From positions 3,520 to 67,519 of the forward strand of contig JAKPKV010000166.1 of assembly GCA_029553475.1 (NCBI GenBank): DNA of 64,000 nucleotides, in the 5' to 3' direction. The notes beneath the pieces were generated by a model, which was not told the origin of the DNA, did not search any database, and worked only from the letters and a program-made list of their open reading frames with translations. Below are positions 46,201 to 56,003 of this stretch, one piece after another. The DNA comes from Armatimonadota bacterium (GTDB taxonomy: Bacteria; Armatimonadota; Hebobacteria; CAIYQO01). Made by a program: the position numbers and the translations under genes. Numbering within the stretch: position 1 is the first letter of the stretch; each line of letters begins with the position of its first letter.

Positions 46201-46834
46201 GCTGCAGGCGGCCATCGAGGAGATGGGGCAGGTGAACCTGGGCGCCATCGAGGAATACGCGCGCATCCAGCAGCGCCTCGGCTTCCTCACCGCCCAGCGC
46301 GCCGACCTGGAAGAAGGCCGCGAGCGGCTGGTGACGGTGATCGCCGAGATTGACGCCACCTGCACGGCGAAGTTTCTGGAGGCGTTCGCCGCCATCGCGC
46401 GGGAGTTCCAGGACCTGTTCGTGAAACTCTTCGGCGGCGGCCATACCGAGCTGTCGCTCACCGATCCGTCTGACGTGCTGGAGAGCGGCATCGAAATCCA
46501 CGTCACCATCCCCGGCAAGCGCAATCAGCATCTCCTGCAGCTCTCCGGCGGCGAGCGCGCGCTCACCGCACTGGCGCTGCTGTTCGCCATGCTGCGGGTG
46601 AAGCCCAGCCCCTTCGTGGTGCTCGACGAGATTGACGCCCCGCTGGACGAGGCGAACGTGGGGCGCTATTGCGACGTGCTGCGCGACTTCACCGCCGACA
46701 CCCAGTTCCTCATCATCACCCACAACAAGGGCACCATGGAAGCCGCCGACGTGCTCTACGGCGTCACCATGGAGAAGGCGGGGATTTCAAAAATCGTCAG
46801 CGTGCGGCTGGCGGAGGCGGGGGCGGCGGGGTAG
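43274..46834 (+). CDS. smc: chromosome segregation protein SMC
   Basis: N-terminal Walker A [39 protein letters not shown]; long coiled coils; hinge; C-terminal signature [16 protein letters not shown] and Walker B [12 protein letters not shown]. Confidence 0.95.
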   Translation: [1186 protein letters not shown]

Positions 46835-46914
46835 GGGAACCGACGGATCGTGACACGACGCGCGCCCCGGGCCGGCGGCCCGGGGCGCGCGTCGTTGGTC
46901 AGCGCCGCGCCGCT

Positions 46915-48126
46915 CTACAGCAGGGAGAACTTGATGTTCTGAATGGTCACTTTGACGTTGCTGGAGTTGGAGAACACCGCGGCGGTCATCTTGTTCTGGG
47001 TCATGATGCCGCTGACATCTTTCGTGCCGGACCAGGTGTAGACGGTGCTGCCGCCGATGGGGCCGATGGCGCCGATATGGCTCTTGCCGCCGAGCAGCGT
47101 GTAGGTCCAGCGGAAGTAGGCGCTGGTCGGCGGGGCGCCGGTGACGTAGCCGGGGAGCTTGCTGGCGCCGACCACGCCGGAGGTGGCGGTGGGGGCGGAG
47201 AGGCCGGCTGTCTGCGCGCAGGTCACGAAGCTGACCGTAGCCAGGTAGCCGCCGGTGAAGACGCAGTTCGCGAAGGGCACCACGCCCTGCAGCCAGCTAT
47301 CGCTTGATTGCGTGACGGGCGTGGTGCCGGGATCAAACAGCGTGAAGCCGTAGGCCACGTAGTCATTGACGTAACGGGTTTCGTTCATCTCCAGCTCCAC
47401 GCGGATGTCCGGGACATTGCCCTCGGCATCTTTCAGCAGTTGGGAGGGGATGGTGATAAACGGGTCAACGCGGGCGGACATATTGGCGGCGGTCTGCTGT
47501 GCGCTGTAGGGGCCGGCCAAGGTGGAGACCAGCTCCACCACCGGGAAAAAGTCGTACCCGCGGTTTCCCAGCGCGACGAACTTGCTGCCGCTCACGTTGT
47601 TGAAGGACTCGTAGGCGACGTGGCCGTCCACGCAGGTGAGCACCAGGCCCTTGTTGTGGCGGGCATCGAGGTCAACGTCGTAGTCTTTCAGCGCGTAGTT
47701 CGGCGGCGGGTTGTCCTTGCTCAAGTCGGCGGTGAGCACGGCGGCGACGGGGTTCGGCACGTCGCCGAGCGCTTTGCCGAAAAGCTTGCCGTTGAAGCCA
47801 TACTCCGGGGCGGTGTTGCTGCCTTGGCCGGTCTTCGTCGGACAGTCGTAAATCGTGGGCTCGTTGTAGTCCTTCAGCAACGACGACCAGGCGTTGGTGC
47901 CGGTATCGCGGATGAAGGTTTCCGCGTGGTCCTGCACGTACATCGTCATGGCGATGGCGATCTGCCGCTGATTGTTCATGCAGGTGTTGGTGCGCGCCTT
48001 CTCCCGCGCCTTCGCGAAGACGGGGAAGAGGATCGCCGCTAGGATCGCGATGATGGCGATCACCACCAATAGCTCGATGAGAGTGAACCCCGTGCGAGGG
48101 GTCCCCCCACGTTGCGTGTGAAACAT
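46915..48126 (-). CDS. prepilin-type N-terminal cleavage/methylation domain protein of the DUF1559 (H-X9-DG-like) type, pseudopilin-like
   Basis: [36 protein letters not shown]-terminus, characteristic of the large PVC/Armatimonadetes pseudopilin family. Confidence 0.85.
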   Translation of the reverse strand: MFHTQRGGTPRTGFTLIELLVVIAIIAILAAILFPVFAKAREKARTNTCMNNQRQIAIAMTMYVQDHAETFIRDTGTNAWSSLLKDYNEPTIYDCPTKTGQGSNTAPEYGFNGKLFGKALGDVPNPVAAVLTADLSKDNPPPNYALKDYDVDLDARHNKGLVLTCVDGHVAYESFNNVSGSKFVALGNRGYDFFPVVELVSTLAGPYSAQQTAANMSARVDPFITIPSQLLKDAEGNVPDIRVELEMNETRYVNDYVAYGFTLFDPGTTPVTQSSDSWLQGVVPFANCVFTGGYLATVSFVTCAQTAGLSAPTATSGVVGASKLPGYVTGAPPTSAYFRWTYTLLGGKSHIGAIGPIGGSTVYTWSGTKDVSGIMTQNKMTAAVFSNSSNVKVTIQNIKFSLL

Positions 48127-48182
48127 ACCTCTACACTCCTTTCGACGAATGCAGTCGCGTTGTCAACGCGAAAAAGTCCAAG

Positions 48183-48373
48183 AATCGCATGTTTTCGGAA
48201 ACTAGCGGGCGAAAAACTTCATACCTGGCATCGCGTAAAGCGTGAAGGGGGTGCACTGGGCCACCGATGGCTGCTGTCCGGCGGCGATATAGGGGATAAT
48301 TGGGGATAAATGCTTGAAATACTTGACGAAAGAGGCTCATACCGAGTATGCTAGTTTCCGAAAACATGCGATT
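48183..48373. mobile_element. 191-bp MITE-like element or paired operator: 24-bp perfect terminal inverted repeats separated by 143 bp, in the upstream region of the DUF1559 gene
   Basis: aatcgcatgttttcggaaactagc (48183-48206) is the exact reverse complement of gctagtttccgaaaacatgcgatt (48350-48373); the internal 143 bp carries a TTGACG-N17-TATGCT-like promoter motif; no target-site duplication recognised. Confidence 0.5.
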
Positions 48374-48692
48374 TTCGGAACCGTCCGCGCGGGCACGATA
48401 GCATCAATCCTCGGCATGAAGAGTCTTTGGGTGCTCATCCGTGAGCGGGCCGGCGGTGTACGGCCGGCATTCTCCTACCCCAGAACAGCGTAAGTCCCGG
48501 CCGGCAGGCGGCGGAGGCCCGTGTCCGGTCGCATTGACGCATCCCGGCAGGCGCGAGCCAACGGCTATGTGCCTGGCGTCCCCGACGTCAAACGGCTCGC
48601 GGGGGCGCGTCTCAGCCGGGGAAGATCTCATCCGTCGTGTGCGCACGATACCGCGGGCGCGGACCGCCGGAACTGATGCCACGCCACGGGCA

Positions 48693-49028
48693 TTACAAGC
48701 CCGCGTCCCGCTTGAAGGCGTCCTGTTCCACCAGCGCCGTCGCCTGCTCCAGCACGCTATGCGCGTTGGCGGTGGCGTAGTCTTGCGGAGGAATGGCGGC
48801 CACCGGCACGCCGTACTGCGCGCCCTGGGCGCTGATCTCCGGCAGCAGGTGGCGCATCTGCGGGCCTACCAGCACGACATCCACGCGCTGCCAGGTGGCG
48901 TCGTCCAGCGCGCTGGTGCTGGTCGCCTCCACCGTCACCTCCAGCGCCCGCTCCGTCGCGAGTTTTTGCATATTATTCGCCAGCAGGCTGGTTGACATGC
49001 CCGCGGCGCAGGCGAGCAGAATGCGCAT
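48693..49028 (-). CDS. PTS EIIB component (lactose/cellobiose-family IIB fold), orphan in this window
   Basis: MRILLACAAGMSTSLLANNMQK... with the phosphorylatable Cys in the CAAGMSTS motif; GGAGGG RBS before the ATG at 49028. Confidence 0.7.
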   Translation of the reverse strand: MRILLACAAGMSTSLLANNMQKLATERALEVTVEATSTSALDDATWQRVDVVLVGPQMRHLLPEISAQGAQYGVPVAAIPPQDYATANAHSVLEQATALVEQDAFKRDAGL

Positions 49029-49150
49029 GGTTGTCCCTCCGATCCTCCTCATCGTACCTGACCGCGCCCTCTTGCGCAAGGGCAATGTGCCGACAGGGAT
49101 TCCACTTCCGGCAGCGAATGAAGCGCTATCCGCCGCGAAGGAGCCACGCC

Positions 49151-52100
49151 ATGTCTATTCGGGGATTGCTGGTCGTGCTGCTGCTGCTGGGCCTCGCCGC
49201 CTGTGCCGCGCCGCCCATCACCTTCACGCTGAAAGAGTATCTGGGGGAAGACTGGACGCAGGAGCGGGTGAGCTTTCCGGTGACGCTGCCGAGGGGGTGG
49301 GATGCGGACGCGTTGGTGGTGCGAGAGCCCGGTGGCACAATACTGTCGGCAGAGTTTATTCCAGATGCACTCGGAAGCGGTAACGGCGAAGGACAGGTGT
49401 GCTTCATCGTAGACCTGCCGGCAAAGGCACGGCAGACGTGGACGCTGGTTCCGGCTTCGGCAAAGCCACAAACGGATTTGTTTGTGAACGACATGCCGCG
49501 CAGTTATTATGAATTCGGCAACAACCATATCGCCGTCCGCTGTCCGAGAGGGATCTGGGGACTTGATGCGTCGGGGGAAATCCCGACGCCAATACAGGCC
49601 ATCCGCATTGGTGGCGGTCCCTGGGTGAGTGGCGGAAAGCTGGTGAGTGCACACAAGCTGATCGGCGCCGAAGGGCGATGGTTATACGATAGCTCCGTTT
49701 CGCTGAAATACCGCATGACCTACACCTTCGAAGGCGGCAAAACCTACACCATCACGCTGGAGGCGCTGGCCGGGCAAGAGGTGATCCTCATCCGCGAGGA
49801 GTCGAACCTGCACGACAAGGCGCAGTTCATGGAAGGCGTCCGTCCCGCCGGCGCGCCGGAGGGGAACTACGTGATGCAGGGCTACAGCACGCGGGGGCGG
49901 GAGCAGGGGAGTTACTGGACGCTGGGGCTGGACGGCGCGGACCGCATCGCCTGGCAGCCCACCGGCACCGTGTGGGGGGCGAAACCCGCCGACGGCGAAC
50001 CCTGGGGCACCTTCCCCCGGCCGACGGCCCCCGGATCCTTCGTCGTGCTGAATCCGTCGCACGGCGAGTGGTGGATGAACTGCAGCCAGTGGGCGGGCGT
50101 CTACGCGCATAACAGGCAGCCGTTCCTCGGCCTGCTGGCGCTGAACGCCGGATTATGGAAGACCCCGCACGAGAACGCCATCGTGCTGGAGAATGACGCC
50201 CAGGGCATGCCGCGGGCGGTGCTGCCCATCAACACCGGCGCGCGCGCCTGGGCGCTGTATGCCTCGACGAAGGACGCCGCCACTGCCATCCCCGGCGAGG
50301 AGCCGCCGGGCGAAGAGTATCCCGGCCGGCAATACGCGCGCCCGCCGCATCTGGCGACGATCAAATACGGCCTGCTGCCGCTGGATACGGTGAAGGACTG
50401 GACGCTGGAGTTTCCCGATCCGAAGGGCACCGTCTTTCCGCATGTCTTCTCGCAGGCGGCGGCGCTGCCCGCCATTCGCACGCGTATCGCCGAGACGCCG
50501 GCGCTGCAGCAGCAGGTGGACCGGCTGAAGGGGCCGTGGGCCGGCTACGTCGCCAGCAGAGACCCGAATTTTCCCCTCTATACGATGCGCCGCATGTATC
50601 CGCGAGGGCTGGATAACCTCTACATGGCCACCGGCGACGAGGAATACGCGAAGGCGATGACCGTGCTGCTGCTCGATCACCTGCATTATTACCTCCACCA
50701 GACGAAAGCGGGGGTGGGCGTCACCGGCTACCGCTGGAGCCACAGTTACGGCATGTTCCACCTCACCACCGGCGTCATCCCGTACTGGTTGAAGATGGCC
50801 GACCTCGCCCTTGGCTCACCGAGCGTCACCCCGGAGCACAAGGCGGAGATTCGCGCGCTGATGGCGTTCTGGGGCGAATTGTTCTCCTCGCGCGACTATG
50901 CCCCGCCGGGCTACAACCACGGCAATACCGACATGGTGGCCAGTTGGGCGACGACGCTGGGCGCCATCGGCTGCCTGCTGAACGGGCACCCGAAGGCGAA
51001 GGCGTGGGCGGCGATCGCGGTGCGCGACATTGACCACGCGCTGACGCGGCGCTGGCACCTGCCCGACTACACCCAGGACGAGTGGTACGGCGCGCTGACG
51101 CTGGAGATGTGCACCTGGTCGGCGGTCATGCTCAAGCAGGCCGGCTTCCACGACTTCTTCGCGGACCCCCGCTTCCGCGAGGGGCTGGACTTTTACGGCA
51201 AGCTGCTCACCCCGCCCGACCCGCGCCACGGCAACGCCGGCTCCATCGTCCCCTTCGGCAACGGTCAGGGGCCGTGGAACCGCTCCGGCATGTGGGCGGT
51301 GGCGGCGGCGGCGGTGAACAAGGATGATCCGGCGTTCGCCGGGCGGCTGATGTGGTACTGGCAGCGCGCCGGGCAGCCGGGCGCCTTCCGCATCGGCGAC
51401 CGCAACGATTTCGGCTGGTCCACCCTCGGCTGGATTGACCCGACCATCCCGGCGAAGAACCCGGAGTTCGCCAGCGAGTGGCTGACGGACTGGGGCATCC
51501 TCTTCCGCGCCGGCTGCGGCACGCCGCGGGAAACGTATATGGCGCTGCAGATGGGCAAGCCCGCCGGCCTTGGCGGCTACAACGCCGAGGGCGGCTTCCA
51601 CCTCTACGCGCAGGGGGTGCCGCTGAGCCTCATTTTCGGCATCCGCTCATATGACGTGGCCATGCACAAAGGTTCCGGAAACCTGACCCGGCAACGCTGG
51701 CTGGCCAACCGCCCCAGCTTCGACAACCGCAACGAGCAGCAGGGCGGCACCGGCACGGTGGTGGAGTGGGCGCCGTCGTTCGGCGCCGACTACGCCTGCG
51801 GCGAGTGGACCTTCACGCGGCTGCAGGCGATGGTGAACCCCTATCCCCGCGAGGGCGACGACCGCCTCATCCTCAGCACGCCGCGCTGGGAACCGGAAGG
51901 CCTGGAGCCGAACATCGCCGGTCCGATGAAAACGGTGCCGCCCATCACCTGGCGGCGGCAGGTGCTCTTCGTGAAAAGCCCCGATCCCGCCGGTCCCAAC
52001 TATTTCGTCATCCGCGACAGCGCGAAGACGACGGTGCCGTGGGATTGGAACGTGTGGTGCCTGGCCAGCGAGCTGCGGGTGCAGGACAACGCCGCCAGCT

Positions 52101-52690
52101 TCACCGGCAAGTTCGGCGTGGACCTGGACGTGGTGCCGCTGACGCCCGTGCCGGAGCTTGTCACCGGCGCCTGCGGCCCGACCCAATCCTTCGCCGGCGA
52201 CTGGCGGCAGCAGGTGTATCAGGGGCGATTGCCGGGAAAAGACGGTGAGTTCGCCGCGGTGTTGTTTCCGCGGAAGCATGGGGAGGCGGCGCCGACGATT
52301 GCGGTCATCGGTCACCATGGCGCGACGATTCGTCTGCCTGATGCGGTGCATCTGGTGGGCTTTGCGAATGATGGCGCAGTGCTGGTGGTTGATACGAAAA
52401 AGCAGGTCACCATTTCAATGTTCGCTTCCGACGGTCAGATGCTTTACGACGATTACAGCGTTTGGGTCTCATGCGAGAAACCGGTCACGGGCAGCCTGAC
52501 GGCGACTTTCGCCGAGGGGGCCATTACCGGTGATGCGCACGGGTCCCAGCGCGAGGTTGAGCTGACATGGGAGAATATGGCATTCACCACCCTCGTGCTC
52601 GACGGCAAACCCGTCGAGCCGACAGAGAGAGACAACGGGAAGGTACGGTTCACCATTCCGGCGGGCGACCACAGCTTTGTGGTAAAATAA
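49151..52690 (+). CDS. large secreted enzyme, heparinase II/III-like (polysaccharide lyase-like) protein, ~1179 aa
   Basis: AAGGAG RBS; signal peptide MSIRGLLVVLLLLGLAACAA; central alpha/alpha-toroid-like region with motifs ...MATGDEEYAKAMTVLLLDHLHYYL... and ...WHLPDYTQDEWYGALTLEM...; the family assignment is by resemblance only. Confidence 0.5.
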   Translation: MSIRGLLVVLLLLGLAACAAPPITFTLKEYLGEDWTQERVSFPVTLPRGWDADALVVREPGGTILSAEFIPDALGSGNGEGQVCFIVDLPAKARQTWTLVPASAKPQTDLFVNDMPRSYYEFGNNHIAVRCPRGIWGLDASGEIPTPIQAIRIGGGPWVSGGKLVSAHKLIGAEGRWLYDSSVSLKYRMTYTFEGGKTYTITLEALAGQEVILIREESNLHDKAQFMEGVRPAGAPEGNYVMQGYSTRGREQGSYWTLGLDGADRIAWQPTGTVWGAKPADGEPWGTFPRPTAPGSFVVLNPSHGEWWMNCSQWAGVYAHNRQPFLGLLALNAGLWKTPHENAIVLENDAQGMPRAVLPINTGARAWALYASTKDAATAIPGEEPPGEEYPGRQYARPPHLATIKYGLLPLDTVKDWTLEFPDPKGTVFPHVFSQAAALPAIRTRIAETPALQQQVDRLKGPWAGYVASRDPNFPLYTMRRMYPRGLDNLYMATGDEEYAKAMTVLLLDHLHYYLHQTKAGVGVTGYRWSHSYGMFHLTTGVIPYWLKMADLALGSPSVTPEHKAEIRALMAFWGELFSSRDYAPPGYNHGNTDMVASWATTLGAIGCLLNGHPKAKAWAAIAVRDIDHALTRRWHLPDYTQDEWYGALTLEMCTWSAVMLKQAGFHDFFADPRFREGLDFYGKLLTPPDPRHGNAGSIVPFGNGQGPWNRSGMWAVAAAAVNKDDPAFAGRLMWYWQRAGQPGAFRIGDRNDFGWSTLGWIDPTIPAKNPEFASEWLTDWGILFRAGCGTPRETYMALQMGKPAGLGGYNAEGGFHLYAQGVPLSLIFGIRSYDVAMHKGSGNLTRQRWLANRPSFDNRNEQQGGTGTVVEWAPSFGADYACGEWTFTRLQAMVNPYPREGDDRLILSTPRWEPEGLEPNIAGPMKTVPPITWRRQVLFVKSPDPAGPNYFVIRDSAKTTVPWDWNVWCLASELRVQDNAASFTGKFGVDLDVVPLTPVPELVTGACGPTQSFAGDWRQQVYQGRLPGKDGEFAAVLFPRKHGEAAPTIAVIGHHGATIRLPDAVHLVGFANDGAVLVVDTKKQVTISMFASDGQMLYDDYSVWVSCEKPVTGSLTATFAEGAITGDAHGSQREVELTWENMAFTTLVLDGKPVEPTERDNGKVRFTIPAGDHSFVVK

Positions 52691-52725
52691 GGCATCACGT
52701 CGGGCGGGGAACGCGGTAGGCTATC

Positions 52726-53364
52726 ATGTTCACCGGTATCATTGAAGAACTTGGCGTCGTCGCCTCGCTGCGGCGGGAGGGGAACGTGGCGCGGCTGGCG
52801 GTGCGGGCGGAGGCGGTGCGCGGTGAGCTGCGCATCGGCGACAGCCTGGCGGTCAACGGCGTCTGCCTCACGGTGGAGCGCATCGAGCCCGCGCAGCTCT
52901 GGCTCTCCATGATGCCGGAGACGCTGCGCCGCACCACGCTGGGCACCCTGCGCCCCGGCGCGCCGGTGAATCTGGAGCGCGCGCTGCGCCTGGATTCCCG
53001 CCTGGGCGGCCACCTCGTCGCCGGCCACGTGGACGGCATCGGCGCGGTGCAGGCGGTGAGCGGGGCCGGGGAGGAGCGCGTGCTCACCATCCGCCTCCCC
53101 GCCGACCTCGCCCGCTTCGTCGCCCCCAAAGGCTCCATCGCGGTGGACGGCGTCAGTCTCACCGTCGTCGCGGCGGAGGGCGGCAGCGTCTCCGTCTCCC
53201 TCATCCGCCACACCCTCGCCGCCACCACCCTCAGCCTGCGCGCCGTCGGCGATCCGGTGAACCTGGAGGTTGACCTCATCGCCCGCTATCTCGACCGGCT
53301 CCTGCAGGGCGGCGGGCAGGGCGACGGACTGTCGCTGGCACGGATGCGGGAGCTGGGATTCTGA
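52726..53364 (+). CDS. ribE: riboflavin synthase alpha subunit
   Basis: MFTGIIEELG... N-terminus and duplicated lumazine-binding repeats (GDSLAVNGVCLTV / GSIAVDGVSLTV). Confidence 0.95.
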   Translation: MFTGIIEELGVVASLRREGNVARLAVRAEAVRGELRIGDSLAVNGVCLTVERIEPAQLWLSMMPETLRRTTLGTLRPGAPVNLERALRLDSRLGGHLVAGHVDGIGAVQAVSGAGEERVLTIRLPADLARFVAPKGSIAVDGVSLTVVAAEGGSVSVSLIRHTLAATTLSLRAVGDPVNLEVDLIARYLDRLLQGGGQGDGLSLARMRELGF

Positions 53365-53408
53365 AACAGCGGCGCCGGCCGTTGGTCGTGCGCCACAAGG
53401 AGCGATGG

Positions 53409-54233
53409 ATGCGCACTCTCCCCATGGTGTTGATCCTCACCCTCGCGACGCTGGCCGTCGCCGCGCCGACGTACCCCTGGCTGACAACCCCTCCCAAACC
53501 GGAAAACCGGCTGGAGCGGCGCATCGCCGCGCCGCGCGGCTATACGCGGGTGGCGGTGACGCCGCATTCGTTCGCCGAGTGGCTGCGCGGGCTGCCGTTG
53601 CGGCCGGGGCGGCCGCCGGTGCTGCTGTACACCGGGAAGCCCAAAGGGCGGCAGGACGTGCACGCGGCGGTGGTGGACCTGGACGTGGGGACGCGCGACC
53701 TGCAGCAGTGCGCTGACGCGGTGATGCGGCTGCGCGGGGAGTACCTGTATTCGCGGAAGGATTACGCCGCCATCCACTTCAATTTCACCAGCGGCTTCCG
53801 CGCCGATTTTTCCAAGTGGGCGCAGGGCTACCGGGTGGCGGTGCGCGGCGCCCGCGTGAGCTGGGTCAAGCGCGCGGCGGCGGACAGCTCGCACGCGTCC
53901 TTCCGCGCCTACCTGGATACCGTCTTCACCTACGCCGGCACCGCCTCGCTGAGTAAAGAGCTTGCCCCGGTGCGGGTGGAGGAGATGCAGATCGGCGACG
54001 TCTTCATCCGCGGCGGCTTTCCCGGCCACGCCGTCATCGTGGCGGATCTGGCGAAGGATGCCCGCACCGGCAAGCGCGTCTTTCTGCTCGCGCAAAGCTA
54101 CATGCCCGCCCAGCAGGTGCACCTGCTAAACAACCCCGCCACCGGCACCCCCTGGTATCCGCTGGATTTTGGCGAGGAGCTGGTGACGCCGGAGTACGTC
54201 TTCACGCGCGGGGAGCTCAAGCGGTTCACGTAA
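53409..54233 (+). CDS. hypothetical exported protein (DUF-type, function unknown)
   Basis: Signal peptide MRTLPMVLILTLATLAVAAP; coding-like composition; 274 aa. Confidence 0.6.
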   Translation: MRTLPMVLILTLATLAVAAPTYPWLTTPPKPENRLERRIAAPRGYTRVAVTPHSFAEWLRGLPLRPGRPPVLLYTGKPKGRQDVHAAVVDLDVGTRDLQQCADAVMRLRGEYLYSRKDYAAIHFNFTSGFRADFSKWAQGYRVAVRGARVSWVKRAAADSSHASFRAYLDTVFTYAGTASLSKELAPVRVEEMQIGDVFIRGGFPGHAVIVADLAKDARTGKRVFLLAQSYMPAQQVHLLNNPATGTPWYPLDFGEELVTPEYVFTRGELKRFT

Positions 54234-54312
54234 TGCCGGGCTCCCCGTTCCGCAATCACAACGGCACGCCGCCGCGCGCCGACGAACGGGGCCGGGTCGG
54301 CATGCCGCGCGT

Positions 54313-55395
54313 TTAGCCGTGCCGGCGCTCAAAATCGCCCATGAACGCGATGAGGGTCTCCACGCAGGCGCGCGGCACGGCGTTGTAGAGGCTGGCGCGG
54401 ATGCCGCCCACCGAGCGGTGGCCCTTCAAGCCTTCCATGCCGGCGGCGGTGGCTTCCTTCACGAAGCGCTCTTCCAGCTCCGAACTGGCGAGGCGCCAGC
54501 AGACGTTCATGATGGAGCGGCTCGCGGATTGTGCCACCGGCCGCCAGAAGCGGCTGCCGTCGAGGACGGCGTAGAGCGCCGCCGCCTTCGCCTCGTTGGC
54601 CTGCTGGATGGCGGGGATGCCGCCCTGGTCCAGCATCCACTCGGTGACCAGCTTGGTGATGTAGATGCCCCAGGTGTTCGGGGTGTTGTACAGGCTGTGC
54701 TCCGCGGCGTGGGTGGCGTAGCGCAGGAAGACGGGCACGGTCTCCGGGCAGCGGGCGACGAGGTCTTTGCGGATGATGACCAGCGCCAGGCCGGAGGGGC
54801 CGATATTCTTCTGCGCGCCGGCGTAGATCATGCCGAAGCGGCGCACGTCCACCACGCGGCTCATGATCTCGCTGGACATGTCCGCGAGCAGCGGCACGTC
54901 GCCGGCCTCGGGAAAATCGCTGAAGCGGATGCCGCCGATGGTCTCGTTCGAGCAGATGTGCAGGTACGCGGCGCCGGCGGGGGCGGCGATCTCGTCGGGG
55001 CGCGGGGCGCGGGTATAATTCTCCGCCTTGCCGTCCCACACCACCGCCGTCTCGCCGGTGATCTTCCCCTCTTTGATGGCTTTACTCGCCCAGCTTCCGG
55101 TGTTCACGTAGGCGCCGGCCTGGCCGGGGGGGCGGAGATTGAGCGGGAACATGGCGAACTGCAGGCTGGCGCCGCCCTGCAGGAAGAGGATGTCGTAATC
55201 GTCGGGCACGCCCATGAGCTGGCGGATGTTGCCCTCCGCCTGCTCGACGATGGCCATGAAGGATTTGGCGCGGTGCGACAGCTCCATCACGGACATGCCG
55301 TGCCCGGCGTAGTCCACCATCTCCGCCTGCGCGCGCTCCAGCACGGGCAGCGGCAGCGCGGCGGGGCCGGCGTTGAAGTTGCAGATGCGTGCCAT
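54313..55395 (-). CDS. serC: phosphoserine aminotransferase
   Basis: MARICNFNAGPAALPLPVL... N-terminus, PLP-Lys region ...YAGAQKNIGPSGLALVIIRKDL, C-terminal ...HRSVGGIRASLYNA, all diagnostic of SerC. Confidence 0.95.
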   Translation of the reverse strand: MARICNFNAGPAALPLPVLERAQAEMVDYAGHGMSVMELSHRAKSFMAIVEQAEGNIRQLMGVPDDYDILFLQGGASLQFAMFPLNLRPPGQAGAYVNTGSWASKAIKEGKITGETAVVWDGKAENYTRAPRPDEIAAPAGAAYLHICSNETIGGIRFSDFPEAGDVPLLADMSSEIMSRVVDVRRFGMIYAGAQKNIGPSGLALVIIRKDLVARCPETVPVFLRYATHAAEHSLYNTPNTWGIYITKLVTEWMLDQGGIPAIQQANEAKAAALYAVLDGSRFWRPVAQSASRSIMNVCWRLASSELEERFVKEATAAGMEGLKGHRSVGGIRASLYNAVPRACVETLIAFMGDFERRHG

Positions 55396-55622
55396 GGTCT
55401 CGGTTCCTTTCGGGCCTGAATCGTTCGTGGGAACAGTATTTCCGCGGGAATCGAGCGCTCCCCTGCCTGCGGGGGAAGAGATTGACGGGGAAATGGCGAT
55501 ATTTTCACCCCGGACCGTGACCGCGGTCAGGGGCGTGCCCGCGCCGGCGCGGGCGTTTTACCGACGCGGACATCCGGATGTTATGGCGAAGACGGTATTC
55601 AGCGAACCTGCCGGCGATGACA

Positions 55623-56003
55623 TCATGACGTCCGCCTCTGATTATAGAACACCTCGACGCAATAGCCATCGGGATCGCTGACGATGAGGCTGCTGAATTC
55701 CGGCTGGTCAATCTCCACGTGGTCCGCGTCCTCCGCGAACTCCGCCTTCACCGCCTGAAACTCCGCCGCGGAGACCTCGAATCCCAGCGTATGAATACAG
55801 CGGCACGCGCGCGGGTCGGCCAGCGGGGCGTCGGGATTGTCGTGCGGGGACAGCACGAGCTCGATATCGTTGACGGCGATGACGATGCCGCCCTCCACGG
55901 CGTAGCGCGGGGTGAAGCCGAAGTGCGTGTGGTACCAGGCCAGGGCGGCGTCCAGATCGCGGACTTTGAGGTTCATCGCATTCAGGCGCGTGAGGGTAAT
56001 CAT
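55623..56003 (-). CDS. VOC-family (glyoxalase/bleomycin-resistance fold) protein
   Basis: [30 protein letters not shown]... with an AAGGGAG RBS; the track ORF extends 66 codons upstream into the palindromic element, which is not coding. Confidence 0.75.
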   Translation of the reverse strand: [126 protein letters not shown]

